A DNA stretch of 64,000 nt from contig CM059432.1 of assembly GCA_030390025.1 (NCBI GenBank), positions 112,470,001 through 112,534,000 on the forward strand. Reading direction: 5' to 3'. Positions 1 through 12,401 of this stretch are shown in pieces. How positions within the stretch are numbered: position 1 is the stretch's first letter; each line of letters starts with the position of its first letter. The position numbers and the translations under genes are program-made. The DNA is from Squalus acanthias (lineage: Eukaryota). The notes under the pieces are model-generated. The model made no database searches. It saw only the letters and a program-made list of their open reading frames with translations, and was not told where the DNA came from.

Positions 1-1183
1 ATGCAGCTGAGCCGAGCTAGGAGAGTCCTGCGCCCTCCGACTAGGACTCTCCACTGCTGTCCCTGTCTCCACTATCTGCTGATGCTCACTTGTGAGCTGT
101 GATACACCAGGTGACAACACTACTCTATCTCGCGATGTTCCCTCCGAGGTGTGAGTGTCTGCGCTGGTGTTGGGTGCACTGAATTCAGCTGACGCGGCGC
201 CCTCAGAGGTTGCAGCTTCCTCTGAGGAGTGGTGAGGCTCATGCTCTTCCTCCTGGACAGTGGGGACAGCTGCTCGCGATGGTCCTGGGGGGGAGTAAAG
301 GAAAGAGTCAAAGATGTGAGTCCAAGGTTACATGCAGATTGCATATTGCAGATGATCATAAGTCAGTCTGCTGGAGCATCAGAATCATTATCAGTGACTC
401 ATGCAATGTCAATGAGAGAGATGATAAACTATTCTGTCACCAGCTTGCTCTGATGCACCCGTCTGTCCGTCCCCCACTTGCGCATCCTCCTCCACTTCCA
501 TGATCTCCAGGACCGCCTCCTCCCAGGTGGTGAGCTGGGCTACTGAGGGTGGCCCTCCTCCTGTCCTCGCTCTTTCCCTCTTATTGTGAGCTCTCTTTTC
601 CTGCAATGAGGGAGACAAGTGGAGTTTGAGTGAGAATGAAGGAGTGAGTGTAGAGAATCTATATCATTGATGGTTAGAAGGAGACAAATTCGGAGTGAGG
701 TGGCAAGACCATGGGCCCTCCCTGTGTGTTGTAAGTTGTTTTCATAGCATCACAGCGATAGGGAGTGTGAGGGCTGCATAGTCGAATAGTTAGGTGAATG
801 TGACCATACAGAGAGAGGGAATGTGTAAGGGTGCAGGGATGTCAGTGTCAAGTGGGATGTGGAGGAAGAGGTTGTCAAAGCTGAGTGCTGGTGAGGAGAG
901 GCAATGGGGATCAGAATGAGGGTGATGGGACATTCATACTCACTTTTCCAGTGCGCAGCAGGTCATGAAACCTCTTCCTGCACTGAAGCCAGGTTCTGCG
1001 GGTTATGGACAACGAGTTGACCTCCTCTGCCACCTGGATCCACACAGCCTTGGTTTGATGGGAAGGCTTCTTCCTCCCTGAAGAAGGGAAGAGCACCTCC
1101 TTATTAGCTCTGGCTCCCTCAATTAAAGCTTGCAGGGCGACATCATCAAATCAAGGTGCAGACCTAGATCTCTGGCTGGCCAT
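1..1183 (-). pseudogene. Spliced Myb/SANT-like DNA-binding protein gene of the Harbinger element; exons 1183-944, 600-441, 284-<1
   Basis: ATG at 1183. Reads MASQRSRSAP*FDDVALQALIEG...WIQVAEEVNS...RRTWLQCRKRFHDL...GK|EKRAHNKRERARTGGGPP..., with GT-AG introns 943-601 and 440-285 that keep the frame. Exon 3 is open to the window edge. One premature TGA at 1153-1151, probably from CGA. Confidence 0.8.
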
Positions 1184-1462
1184 TCTTCCTGCAGGTGCTT
1201 CTAACATGCAAAGGCAGAAGCTTGGCAGTCTGCAGAGGAAGCAAGGCTTGTTGCAGACCTTAAATGCTGCAGCAATGATGACGTAATCGGAAGTGACTTT
1301 CAGACTGGAAAAACTCACGGGCCATGGGTTCCCACACGTTGGAATTCAATTGGCCAATTATGTTAACATCGCATCAATCTCCCACATCGATTTAGATTCG
1401 GGTGGCTAACACGGAATGCGGATTACACGACCCTAGCCCGCCCCTGAATCAAAATCCAGCCC
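1..1462 (-). mobile_element. Harbinger/PIF DNA transposon, one end; continues beyond the window start
   Basis: Contains a Myb/SANT-like gene and ends in AAAATCCAGCCC (1451-1462), identical to the TIR of the MITE at 58916-59607. The subterminal ~200 bp (1260-1462) aligns by eye with 59420-59607. Confidence 0.8.
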
Positions 1463-2209
1463 AATGTTCCATTCAATCAGCATTATATTACCTACCTCGT
1501 TATTACAACATCATGGTGATTGGCAAAATATATTTTTTGGGTGGAGGATCCACCTTAATCAAGCTTTATTGGAGCTTCATCTAGAAGCAGGGGAGATCTG
1601 GTATAGTCAGGGAAACAAAACAACAGAGTTAGCTATAACAAGGTTCTACAGTATATTAAAGAATATAAGAGTAGGGAATTCCAAAAAAAATTCTCATATT
1701 AGCTAGAAACATCACATTATTTATTCAGGAAAAAAGATTGCTGTGGTCCTGAATCAATTCTGTCAATTTATAATTGGTATGATTTATGATAGAGAATGCC
1801 TTTTTGTTATATTTCAGTACATCGTAGATGTAATGTTTTGGAGGGAGGAAGCTTTGGATGTTTCTTATACCAGAACTATGTACCTAAACCAACTGTTCTA
1901 TATAGTTTTCATATTCTTAGGCAAAGCTATCCTATCCCTCCCATCCACCCCACACCTTTATACATTTTACAAGCCCATTACTGTTAAACATACTTTATAG
2001 ATGACCCCTTCTCAATTTTTAGACTGCTGAGCATACACATTGGTGAGCAGCCTGCAAGGGGAAGTTAGAAAAGGAGAAGAAAACTGAAGGAAACCATTAC
2101 TGAAACTATAGGGCTGATTTAACCCCCTTCCCCCTCCCCCCCCCACAATCAACCTGGTGGGAATGGTGCGGGTCAGGTGTTAATATGACGGGGAGTTTCG
2201 CACCATGTA

Positions 2210-3145
2210 CTTCCGCCACATCTGCAACCTCCCTTTCCTCTCCAAAGTCCTTGAATGTGTTGCCTCCCAAATCCAGGCCAATCTTTCCCACAACTCCATG
2301 TTTGACCCTCTCCAATCAGGACTCATCCTCTGTGACTGTGACCGTAGTTCACTATCCCTTCTCATCCTTCTCCACCTGTCTGCAGTCTTTGACATGGTTG
2401 ACCACACCATCTTCCTCCAACACCTCTCCTCCATTGTCCAGCTGAGTGGGACTGCACTCGCCTGCTTCCACTTGTACCTATCCAGTTGTAGCCGGAGAAT
2501 CACTTGCAATGGCTTCTCTTCCCGCTCCCGCACCTTTACCTCTGGAGTCCCACAAGGATCTATCTTTGGTCCCCTCCTATTTCTCATCTACATACTGACC
2601 CTCGGCAACATCATCCGAAGACACAACGTCAGGTTCCACATGTACTGCTGATGATACCCAGTGCTACCTCACCACCACATCTATCAACCCCTACACTGCA
2701 TCTGTGTTGTCAGACTGCTTGTCCGACATCCAGTCCCAGATGAGCCAAACTTTCTTCCAATTAAACATTGGGAAGGCCGAAGACATTGCCTTCAGCCCCT
2801 GCCACAAACTCCATTCCCTAGTGACCAATCCAACCCTCTCTCTGGCCTTATCTTGAGGCTGAATCAGACTGGTAAGAACCTCGACATCCTATTTGACCCG
2901 AACTGAGCTTTCAACCCCATATCCTCTCAATCCCAAAGACCACCTATATTAACCTCCATAATTTCACCTGTCTCCACCCCTGCCTCAGCCATCTGCTGCT
3001 GAATCCCTCATCCATACTTTTGTCACCTCCAGACTCAACTATTCCAATGCTCTCCAAAACTCTGTATTCTAAGACGCATCAAGTCCTGTTCACCCATCAC
3101 CCCTCTGCTTGCTGACATACATTGGTTCCTGGTCCACCAGGGACC
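2210..3145 (+). mobile_element. L2-clade LINE RT fragment, degenerate
   Basis: ORF 2205-2651: NLPFLSKVLE, LSAVFDMVDH, GVPQGSIFGPLLFLIY; frameshifted YADD region. Confidence 0.85.
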
Positions 3146-3164
3146 CCGCGCAGCGGGCTTGCCA

Positions 3165-3695
3165 ATGAGAAAAAACGCCCATGTGTAGTATTTTGAAGCG
3201 TGGCGCCAAACAAAATTGCAGGGAACATTGGTCCCAAGGTGCTTCACAGGAGAGTAAATCAAACCAAAATTGACACCGAGCCAAAGAAGGAGACATTAGG
3301 ACAGGTAACCAAATGCTTGGTCAAAAAGATAGGTTTTAGTCTTAAAGGTAGAAAAAGAGGTGGAGAGGCGATGAGGTTTGCGGAGGTTATTCCAAAGTTT
3401 AGGGCATAGATGGCTGAAAGCACGGCGCCAAAGGTAGGGAGATGCACAAGAGGCCAGAGTTGGAGGAACATAGAATTCTTGGAGGATTGTAGAGCTGGAG
3501 AGGGTTACAGAGATAGGGAGGGATTTGAACACGTGGATGAGAATTTAAAAATCGAAGTATTGGCGGACTGGGAACCAATTTATGTCAGCAAGCAGAGGGG
3601 TGATGGGTGAACACGACTTGGTGTGTCTTAGAATACAGAGATTTGGATGAGCTGAAGTTTATGGAGGGTGCAAGGAGAGCATTGGAATAATTGAG
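3165..3695 (-). mobile_element. L2-clade LINE 3' end
   Basis: ORF 3296-3532 RAFSHLCPKLWNNL...FKTKTYLFDQAF, followed by an L2-type 3' UTR. Confidence 0.8.
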
Positions 3696-3764
3696 TCTCC
3701 TCCTGACCCACAAGGAGTGCTGAATGAGGCACTTACCTTGCAGGGAGGCTTGTGATCAGGAGGT

Positions 3765-6700
3765 CGGTGGGGCCCACGATTGGGTGGGGGGAGAGGTCTG
3801 TCAGTGGGAGAGGTGATCGGTCTATGATCGGGAGGGGGGAAAGGCCTGCGATCGGGAGGGGGAGAGGACCACGATCGGGAGGGGGAAAGGCCTGCGATCG
3901 GGAGGGGGAGAGGACCACGATCGGGAGGGGGAGAGGACCACGATCGGGAGGGGGAAAGGCCTGCGATCGGGAGGGGGAGAGGACCACGATCGGGAGGGGG
4001 AGAGGACCACGATCGGGAGGGGGAGAGGACCACGATCGGGAGTAGGGCGTGTAGCACGATCGGGAGGGGGTGAGGACCACGATCGGGAGGAGGGCGTGTA
4101 GCACAATCGGGAGGCGGAGAGGACCAAGATCGGGAGGGGGAGAGGCTGGCGATCGGGAGGGGGAGAGGCTGGCGATCGGGAGGGGGAGAGGCTGGCGATC
4201 GGGAGGGGGAGAGGACCACGATCGGGAGGGGGAGAGGACCACGATCGGGAGGGGGAGAGGACCACGATCGGGAGGGGGAGAGGACCACGATCGGGAGGGG
4301 GGAGAGGACCACGATCGGGAGGGTGAGAGGCTGGCGATCGGGAGGGTGAGAGGCTGGCGATCGGGAGGGGGAGAGGACCAGGATCGGGAGGGGGAGAGGA
4401 CCACGATCGGGAGGGGGGAGAGGACCACGATCGGGAGGGTGAGAGGCTGGCGATCGGGAGGGGGAGAGGACCACGATCGGGAGGCGGAGAGGACCACGAT
4501 CGGGAGGGGGAGAGGACCACGATCGGGAGGGTGAGAGGCTGGCAATCGGGAGGGGGAGAGGACCACGATCGGGAGGGGGTGAGGACCACGATCGGGAGGG
4601 GGAGAGGACCACGCTCGGGAGGGTGAGAGGCTGGCGATCGGGAGGGGGAGAGGACCACGATCGGGAGGGGGTGAGGACCACGATCGGGAGGAGGGCGTGT
4701 AGCACGATCGGGAGGGGGGAAGAGGACCACGATCGGGAGGGGGTGAGGACCACGATCTGGAGGGGGAGAGGACCACGATCGGGAGGGGGTGAGGACCACG
4801 ATCGGGAGGAGGGCGTGTAGCACGATCGGGAGGGGGGAAGAGGACCACGATCGGGAGGGGGAGAGGACCACGATCGGGAGGGGGAGAGGCTGGCGATCGG
4901 GAGGGGGAGAGGACGACGATCGGGAGGGGGAAGAGGACCATGATCGGGAGGGGGAAGAGGACCATGATTTGGAGGGGGGAGAGGACCACGATCAGGAGGG
5001 GGGGGAGAGGACCACGATCGGGAGGGGGGAGAGGACCACGATCGGGAGGGGGTGAGGACCACGATCGGGAGGGGGAGAGGACCACGATCGGGATGGGGTG
5101 AGGACCACGATCGGGAGGGGGAGAGGACCACGATCGGGAGGGGGTAGAGGACCACGATCGGGAGGGGGGGAGAGGACCACGATCGGGAGGGGGGAGAGGA
5201 CCACGATCAGGAGGGGGAGAGGACCACGATCGGGAGGGGGGAGAGGACCATGATCAGGAGGGGGAAGAGGACCATGATCGGGATGGGGTGAAGACCACGA
5301 TCGGGAGGGGGGAGAGGACCACGATCGGGAGGGGGAGAGGACGACGATCGGGAGGGGGGAGAGGACCACGATCGGGATGGGGTGAGGACCACGATCGGGA
5401 GGGGGAGAGGACCACGATCGGGAGGGGGGAGAGGACCACGATCGGGAGGGGGAGAGGACCACGATCGGGATGGGGTGAGGACCACGATCGGGAGGGGGGA
5501 GAGGACCACGTCGGGAGGGGGGAGAGGACCACGATCGGGAGGGGGAGAGGACCACGATCGGGAGGGGGAGAGGACCACGATCGGGAGGGGGAGAGGACCA
5601 CGAACGGGAGGGGGGAGAGGACCACGATCGGGAGGGGGGAGAGGACCACGATCGGGAGGGGGGGAGAGGACCACGATCGGGAGGGGGGGAGAGGACCACG
5701 ATCGGGAGGGGGGGAGAGGACCACGATCGGGAGGGGGGGAGAGGACCACGATCGGGAGGGGGGAGAGGACCACGATCGGGAGGGGGGTGAGGACCACGAT
5801 CGGGAGGGGGGAGAGGACCACGATCGGGAGGGGGGAGAGGACCACGATCGGGAGGGGGAAGAGGACCATGATCGGGATGGGGTGAGGACCACGATCGGGA
5901 GGGGGGAGAGGACCACGATCGGGAGGGGGGAGAGGACCATGATCGGGAGGGGGGAGAGGACCACGATCGGGAGGGGGAGAGGACCACGATCGGGAGGGGG
6001 GAGAGGACCATGATCGGGAGGGGGAAGAGGACCATGATCGGGATGGGGTGAGGACCACGATCGGGAGGGGGGAGAGGACCACGATCGGGAGGGGGGAGAG
6101 GACCACGATCGGGAGGGGGGAGAGGACCACGATCGGGAGGGGGAGAGGACGACGATCGGGAGGGGGGAGAGGACGACGATCGGGAGGGGGGAGAGGACCA
6201 CGATCGGGAGGGGGAAGAGGACCACGATCGGGATGGGGTGAGGACCACGATCGGGAGGGGGGGAGAGGACCACGATCGGGAGGGGGAGAGGACGACGATC
6301 GGGAGGGGGGAGAGGACCACGATCGGGAGCTGGAAGAGGACCACGATCGGGAGGGGGAGAGGACGACGATCGGGAGGGGGGAGAGGACCACGATCGGGAG
6401 GGGGAAGAGGACCACGATCGGGATGGGGTGAGGACCACGATCGGGATGGGGTGAGGACCACGATCGGGATGGGGTGAGGACCACGATCGGGAGGGGGGGA
6501 GAGGACCACGATCGGGAGGGGGAGAGGACGACGATCGGGAGGGGGAGAGGACGACGATCGGGAGGGGGGAGAGGACCACGATCGGGAGGGGGAAGAGGAC
6601 CACGATCGGGAGGGGGAAGAGGACCACGATCGGGAGGGGGAAGAGGACCACGATCGGGAGGGGGAGAGGACGACGATCGGGAGGGGGGAGAGGACCACGA

Positions 6701-7875
6701 TCGGGAGGTGGAAGAGGACCACGATCGGGATGGGGTGAGGACCACGATCGGGAGGGGGGAGAGGACCACGATCGGGAGGGGGGAGAGGACCACGATCGGG
6801 AGGGGGGAGAGGACCACGATCGGGAGGGGGAAGAGGACCACGATCGGGATGGGGTGAGGACCACGATCGGGAGGGGGGAGAGGACCACGATCGGGAGGGG
6901 GGGAGAGGACCACGATCGGGAGGGGGGAGAGGACCACGATCGGGAGGGGGAGAGGACGACGATCGGGAGGGGGGAGAGGACCACGATCGGGAGGGGGAAG
7001 AGGACCACGATCGGGATGGGGTGAGGACCACGATCGGGAGGGGGGAGAGGACCACGATCGGGAGGGGGGAGAGGACCACGATCGGGAGGGGGAAGAGGAC
7101 CACGATCGGGATGGGGTGAGGACCACGATCGGGAGGGGGGAGAGGACCACGATCGGGAGGGGGGGAGAGGACCACGATCGGGAGGGGGGAGAGGACGACG
7201 ATCGGGAGGGGGGAGAGGACCACGATCGGGAGGGGGGAGAGGACCACGATCGGGAGGGGGAAGAGGACCACGATCGGGAGGGGGGGAGAGGACCACGATC
7301 GGGAGGGGGGGAGAGGACCACGATCGGGAGGGGGGAGAGGACCACGATCGGGAGGGGGTGAGGACCACGATCGGGAGGGGGAGAGGACGACGATCGGGAG
7401 GGGGAGAGGACGACGATCGGGAGGGGGAGAGGACCACGATCGGGAGGGGGAAGAGGACCACGATCGGGATGGGGTGAGGACCACGATCGGGAGGGGGGAG
7501 AGGACGACGATCGGGAGGGGGGAGAGGATGACGATCGGGAGGGGGAGAGGACGACGATCGGGAGGGGGAGAGGACGACGATCGGGAGGGGGGAGAGGACG
7601 ACGATCGGGAGGGGGAGAGGACGACGATCGGGAGGGGGAGAGGACGACGATCGGGAGGGTGAGAGGACCACGATCGGGAGGGGGGAGAGGACCATGATCG
7701 GGAGGGGGGGAGAGGACCACGATCGGGAGGGGGGAGAGGACCACGATCGGGAGGGGGAGAGGACGACGATCGGGAGGGGGGAGAGGACCACGATCGGGAG
7801 GGGGAGAGGCCGGTGATCAGGAGTGGGGAGAGGACCACGATAGGGAATTGGAGAGTACAACGATTGGGAGGGGGA
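3765..7875 (+). repeat. G-rich minisatellite, unit GATCGGGAGGGGG(G)AGAGGACCAC of ~23-25 bp, roughly 170 copies
   Basis: Directly visible tandem array with variable G-run length and several variant unit types. Confidence 0.98.
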
Positions 7876-9733
7876 GGCCGAAGTCTTCCTTGCGGGGCTG
7901 GGAAGAGCACCCCTCCTCCTCCTGGCCCACAAAGAGTGTTGACAGAGACATTTACATGTGGAGCCAGCAGCTCCCGCCTCCCTTTCACTGCCAAGTTTTC
8001 CAACCCTTGGGCAACCTGTGCAACAGCAGTAAACTTCAAATTGGGCTTCCAATTGCACTGTGGGAGCCCGATATATAATGTTAATTAATTGTCCCGCCTC
8101 TCTACAGTGGGACACTCTGACACCGCGATATCCACCGCCGTAAAAAAGGCGGCAGGGTGCGTGCGTGGCAGGTTGGAATCGAGTTCTGCTCTTTTCACTT
8201 TTTCATCTCGAACCCTCCGACCCACCCGCCCATCGTGGGGGGCTAATATCGAGGTCAATATTTCTGCACAAATGTGAAATTAATAGTACAGAAGGACTGA
8301 TGAGAACAAACTCTAGTAAAATACTTCTGAAAAAGTTTGGTCAAAGTTTGAGGTACATATTTTGGCACAGCTGGAGCACAGACTCTTGATCAAAAAGTAC
8401 CAATTCTTATGTATGGTATATCTATTATCAATGTGCTAATTGTCAAGCATGCCCATATTTAGGCTCCTCTCTTCACTTTGGGCTTAAGTGCCCACTTGTG
8501 ACAATGTTGAGTGATTTCCTGACTAATTCAGTAAAGTATAAGACAAGTGGCTCCCGGGTTCATGTACTTGAAGAGTTACTTCTTTTCAGTCTTGACACTG
8601 AAAAGGTTGTGACTCTTAATAGTTGCTGGAATCTAATTTGCTTTCTTCATTTTCTTGACATTACTAATAAAAATCACTTGATAACAGTGAGGGGATTTTT
8701 TTTTTTTACATTTGTTAGTGTAATGAAGCTTTTCTTCATGACACTTTTCTAGTTTGCCTTAATTCCTTGCTGTAAGTGCTTGATCTGATAGCTTTCGATG
8801 GTTCATGTCATACATTTTCTAATCAGGCACCAGGTTTTGTCTGCCCTTCAAACCTTTTCAGTCAATATTCTGTCTTTCTTAAGCAGCTGTAATGATAGAT
8901 CCCATGCCAATGTGCGAATCCCTCTAGAAGCATCAATACTCAAGGCCTGCGCCTTGATCACTCTGCCTTTGTGCCGTTTAATATCAAAATCTCCAAAGCC
9001 ACTGGTACCTTTTTTGTGAGGATTATGAATTTGAGCTCCTTTAAATTATCTTAGCTACAGAGCATATTATATTGACATTTGGAGTTCTCTTCGGACTGAC
9101 AGAAGCTGGGTGCACAAAGCTGAAAAAAGCCGATATGACTTTGTTTCTACCTTGCTCGAGGAGTTGTATGTGTAAATCGCCTAAGCTTATTGACCCGAAT
9201 CTTTGCCTTCTTGTCTTCTGATTTGTTTGGAACACAGACACTGATAGAGCATTGATACAGCCGATTTAGCAGCTCAGTGATTTGTTTTACAACAGGCGCC
9301 TTTGGCTAGACATTATCACTCCCTCAGGCCACCGTTGTTTTTTTTCTTTTCTCTAAGAGTGCCTAAGACTCCCTTGGTTAAAGATGTGATCAAATACCCT
9401 CTTGTTTGATCAAATAGTTTTAGCTGATCTGTTTCTGAAAACAGAGTGCCATAAGTATATTAAACCTGTCAAGTGTGTTCAAATGTATAGCGATAGGCAG
9501 CACATGAAATTCAGCCATATTATCATAGGTGTAGACTCTACTGATTCAAACTAGATTACCAGTTTTTCAATGCTTTTAATGCCCATTTTATCATAAATAC
9601 CACTATGTCTCTGTAGTGAGAGAACACCTGTGGGGCATAAACTGAGTACTAGAAGCATAAAGGGGAGGTTAGGAGACATTTTTTCATCTAAAGGGTTATA
9701 GAATATGCAGGATAATCTTGTGAAATCATACTA

Positions 9734-12161
9734 CAGGAAACTCTCGTTTAAACGGCACCTAAATATCCAGAATGCTCTATTAACCGGCAAAATTCATACT
9801 CCGAAAACTCCTCCCCAATAACCGGCAATGTTGCCGAGTCCGAGTCTCCCGCGAACGCCGAGTTAGTCAGTGGGGGTAGTTCTCCAAAGTGCCACTACTC
9901 AGCTTCCCGGCGCTGTGGGAAGTCCGAACACCGCAATAACAGGAGTCTGATTCTCCCGCGCTGCCGGTAGTCTCTTCTGATCTGCCATTTTACTGTGTGT
10001 CTCCTGCACTGCTGGTAGTCTCTTCCGAGCCACCATTTTTCTGTGTGTCTCCATCTTTATCGTGAATTATCTCCCCCATCTTGCATTATGGAATTCCCAA
10101 AAGCTGGTCCAAGCAAATGGAAGAGAGTGGTGTTAACTTTAAAACAGAAAATCAAGATATGCCAACGACTAGAAAGGGGAGAGAAGCGTATCAACATTAT
10201 GAATGAATTCAAAATCGGTTCGTCAACAATCTACGACATCAAATCGCAGAAGGATAAGCTGCTCAAGTTTTATTCAAGCTCGGAGACATCTAAGAGTGTA
10301 GAGAAATGGCGTACGCTTCGTAAGTCTAAGCTTGAAGAGCTGGATACCGTGCTTTATGAGTGGTTTTCTCTTAAGCGTTCAGAGGGTGTTCCACTTTCCG
10401 GACCCATGCTAATCGAGAAAGCGAAGGATTTCTACGAAAGGATGCAGCTCACTGACAAGTGTGCTTTCTCCGAGGGATGGCTAACGTGCTTCAAGTTCCG
10501 GCACGGGATACGACGACTCGATATTTCCGGGGAGAAGAAATCAGCTGATCACGACGCCGCAGAAGAATACTGCGATTATTTCAATCGGGTTGTGCAGCAA
10601 CATGATTTGTCGCCAGCACAGATATATATAATGCCGATGAAACTGGCTTGTTTTGGAGGTTTTAGCCAGAATCAACGCTTGCTGGGGCTAGTGAAGCTAA
10701 TGCTTCAGGTTACAAGAAAAATAAAGATCGTGTAACCGTGCTAACATGTGCGAACGCTGCTGGATCACACCGGGTTAAACTTCTTGTTATTGGGAAGTAT
10801 AAAAATCCCCATGCATTTAAAAATGTGAGGCACTTAGCTGTTGAGTACAAAGATCAAAAAAATGTTTGGATGGATAAGGAACTCCTCTCCTATTGGTTCC
10901 ATCATATTTTTGTTCCATCTATGAGGGAACAGTTCCGTAAAATAGGGAAACCTGAAGATAGCAAATGCATTTTATTGCTTGATAATTGTAGAGCCCATCC
11001 GCATGAATCCAAGTTGGTTTCGGGAAATATTTTCACCATTTATTTGCCACCAAATGTAACTTCTCTTATACAACCCATGGACCAGGGCGTTATCCAAAAT
11101 CTGAAGTGTCATTACAAGAAAGATTTCCTACGCAAACTGATAAACCAAGATGACAATATTCACGCATTTCAGAAGGAATACAGTATTAATGATGCCATCT
11201 ATAATGTTGCATGTTCCTGGAACTTGGTGAAAGGTCACACTCTGAGGCAAGCCTGGCGCAAATTGTGGCCTTCTGTAATGTTTGCTGAAGGTTCTTCTTC
11301 AGAGGAGGAATTTCATTGGTTCAATGTTCGTCCCAAGAAGAGTACAATAATGGAAATGGCTGGCATGGTGAAAAATGTAGGCCCAGCAAACCCTCTACGT
11401 CACCTCAGTGAAAGTGATATCGAGCAGTGGGTTGATGCAGATAGAGAAGTTGCTGTTGTGCATATGCTAAGTGAAGATGAAATAATTGAGAGTGTTTTGA
11501 ATCCAAAGAAAGAAAAGGAAAGTGAGATGGAAAGTGAAGAGGATGAGATTTCTGAAGAGAAGAAGATTTCTTGGGCTAAAGCTGCAGAAGGATTTTCTTC
11601 AATCCTCCAATTTGCTGAAAGGCAGCCTTGCTACTCTGCCCAAGAAGTTATGCACCTCCATATTCTGCATTCCACGTTTCTACAGAAAAGGCAAGAGTCC
11701 ACTAAGCAAGCCGACATCCACAACATGTTTAAGAAAGCTTCTAAAAGAGTCGAAGCAGCGGAAGTGCCTGAAGAATCTGTGGAATCTGTGGAAGTGCATG
11801 ATCCTGATGACCCAGCTGGCATGGATCTTCCAGATGAACCAGTTGACTTGGAATAAGTGTACAGTCAACTACAGTACTGTATACAGTCGTTTATAAGTTT
11901 TGTTTTACTGTTAAGTAATTAAAGAGTTATGGATTACCCTCAACTGGCAGTACAGTACTTAATCAAGCATCTTCCACCATCCATTTAACACAACATTCTG
12001 TAGGTGAGTACCCAATTACTGTATACTGCACATTTCTTGATTTTTTTTATTTTTGTTGGTTAAAAATAGCCTCGGTAGATAACCCTCTCCGTCATCCGGA
12101 ATTTTTATTCAACCGGCACCACCCCGGTCCCGTCAGGTGCCGGATACCAAAGAGTTTCCTG
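9734..12161 (+). mobile_element. Tigger/pogo (Tc1-mariner superfamily) DNA transposon, full length, 2428 bp
   Basis: TA TSD at 9732-33 and 12162-63. 27-bp TIRs CAGGAAACTCT...CGGCACCT, 21/27 identical. Internal transposase. Confidence 0.93.
10088..11856 (+). pseudogene. Tigger/Jerky-like transposase (CENP-B-type HTH domains plus DDE_1 domain, DD32D)
   Basis: [48 protein letters not shown]; catalytic NADETG, LLLDNC, QPMDQG. A +2 slippage in ATATATA (~10622-10630) and a TAG at 10663-10665 break the ORF. Confidence 0.92.
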
Positions 12162-12401
12162 TATCAAAGGAGTCCAAATCGCAAATTCAAGCAAAGTGCT
12201 CTGCCCACAGTTTTCCTTTCATGGATGGTTGTTATGAGGGTATGCCCCAGAATTGCCAATGTGTGCTCTCATTGGTGAGGCTCCACGCTGGGAGCATGGT
12301 TTTGTAAAATTTTTCCTGTGGAATGCATTACCACAAGTGTTGAAGCCATGTCACTCATGACGCTTACAAGGGAATTAGATAAACACTTGAAGCAAAATAT
12401 T

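Larger units (their letters stand above)
2111..8256. mobile_element. Probable Harbinger-type non-autonomous element, expanded by nested L2 pieces and the minisatellite
   Basis: Left end GGGCTGATTTAACCCCC loosely matches the reverse complement of the right end (GACCTCGATATTAGCCCCC). The motif CTCCTCCTG(G/A)CCCACAA at ~3697 and ~7915 recurs in another MITE-like segment (~14684). Confidence 0.4.

Noticed and set aside
3765..7875. CRISPR-like array
   Set aside because: Head-to-tail units with no unique spacers, no cas genes, vertebrate context.
3659..8115. Long Pro/Ser/Arg-rich ORFs up to 1015 aa in several frames
   Set aside because: Artefacts of a stop-poor minisatellite; open in all three minus-strand frames with no domain content.
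10043..11856. Host JRKL/TIGD gene
   Set aside because: Flanked by TIRs and a TA TSD, with a frameshift and a stop, so it is a transposon copy.
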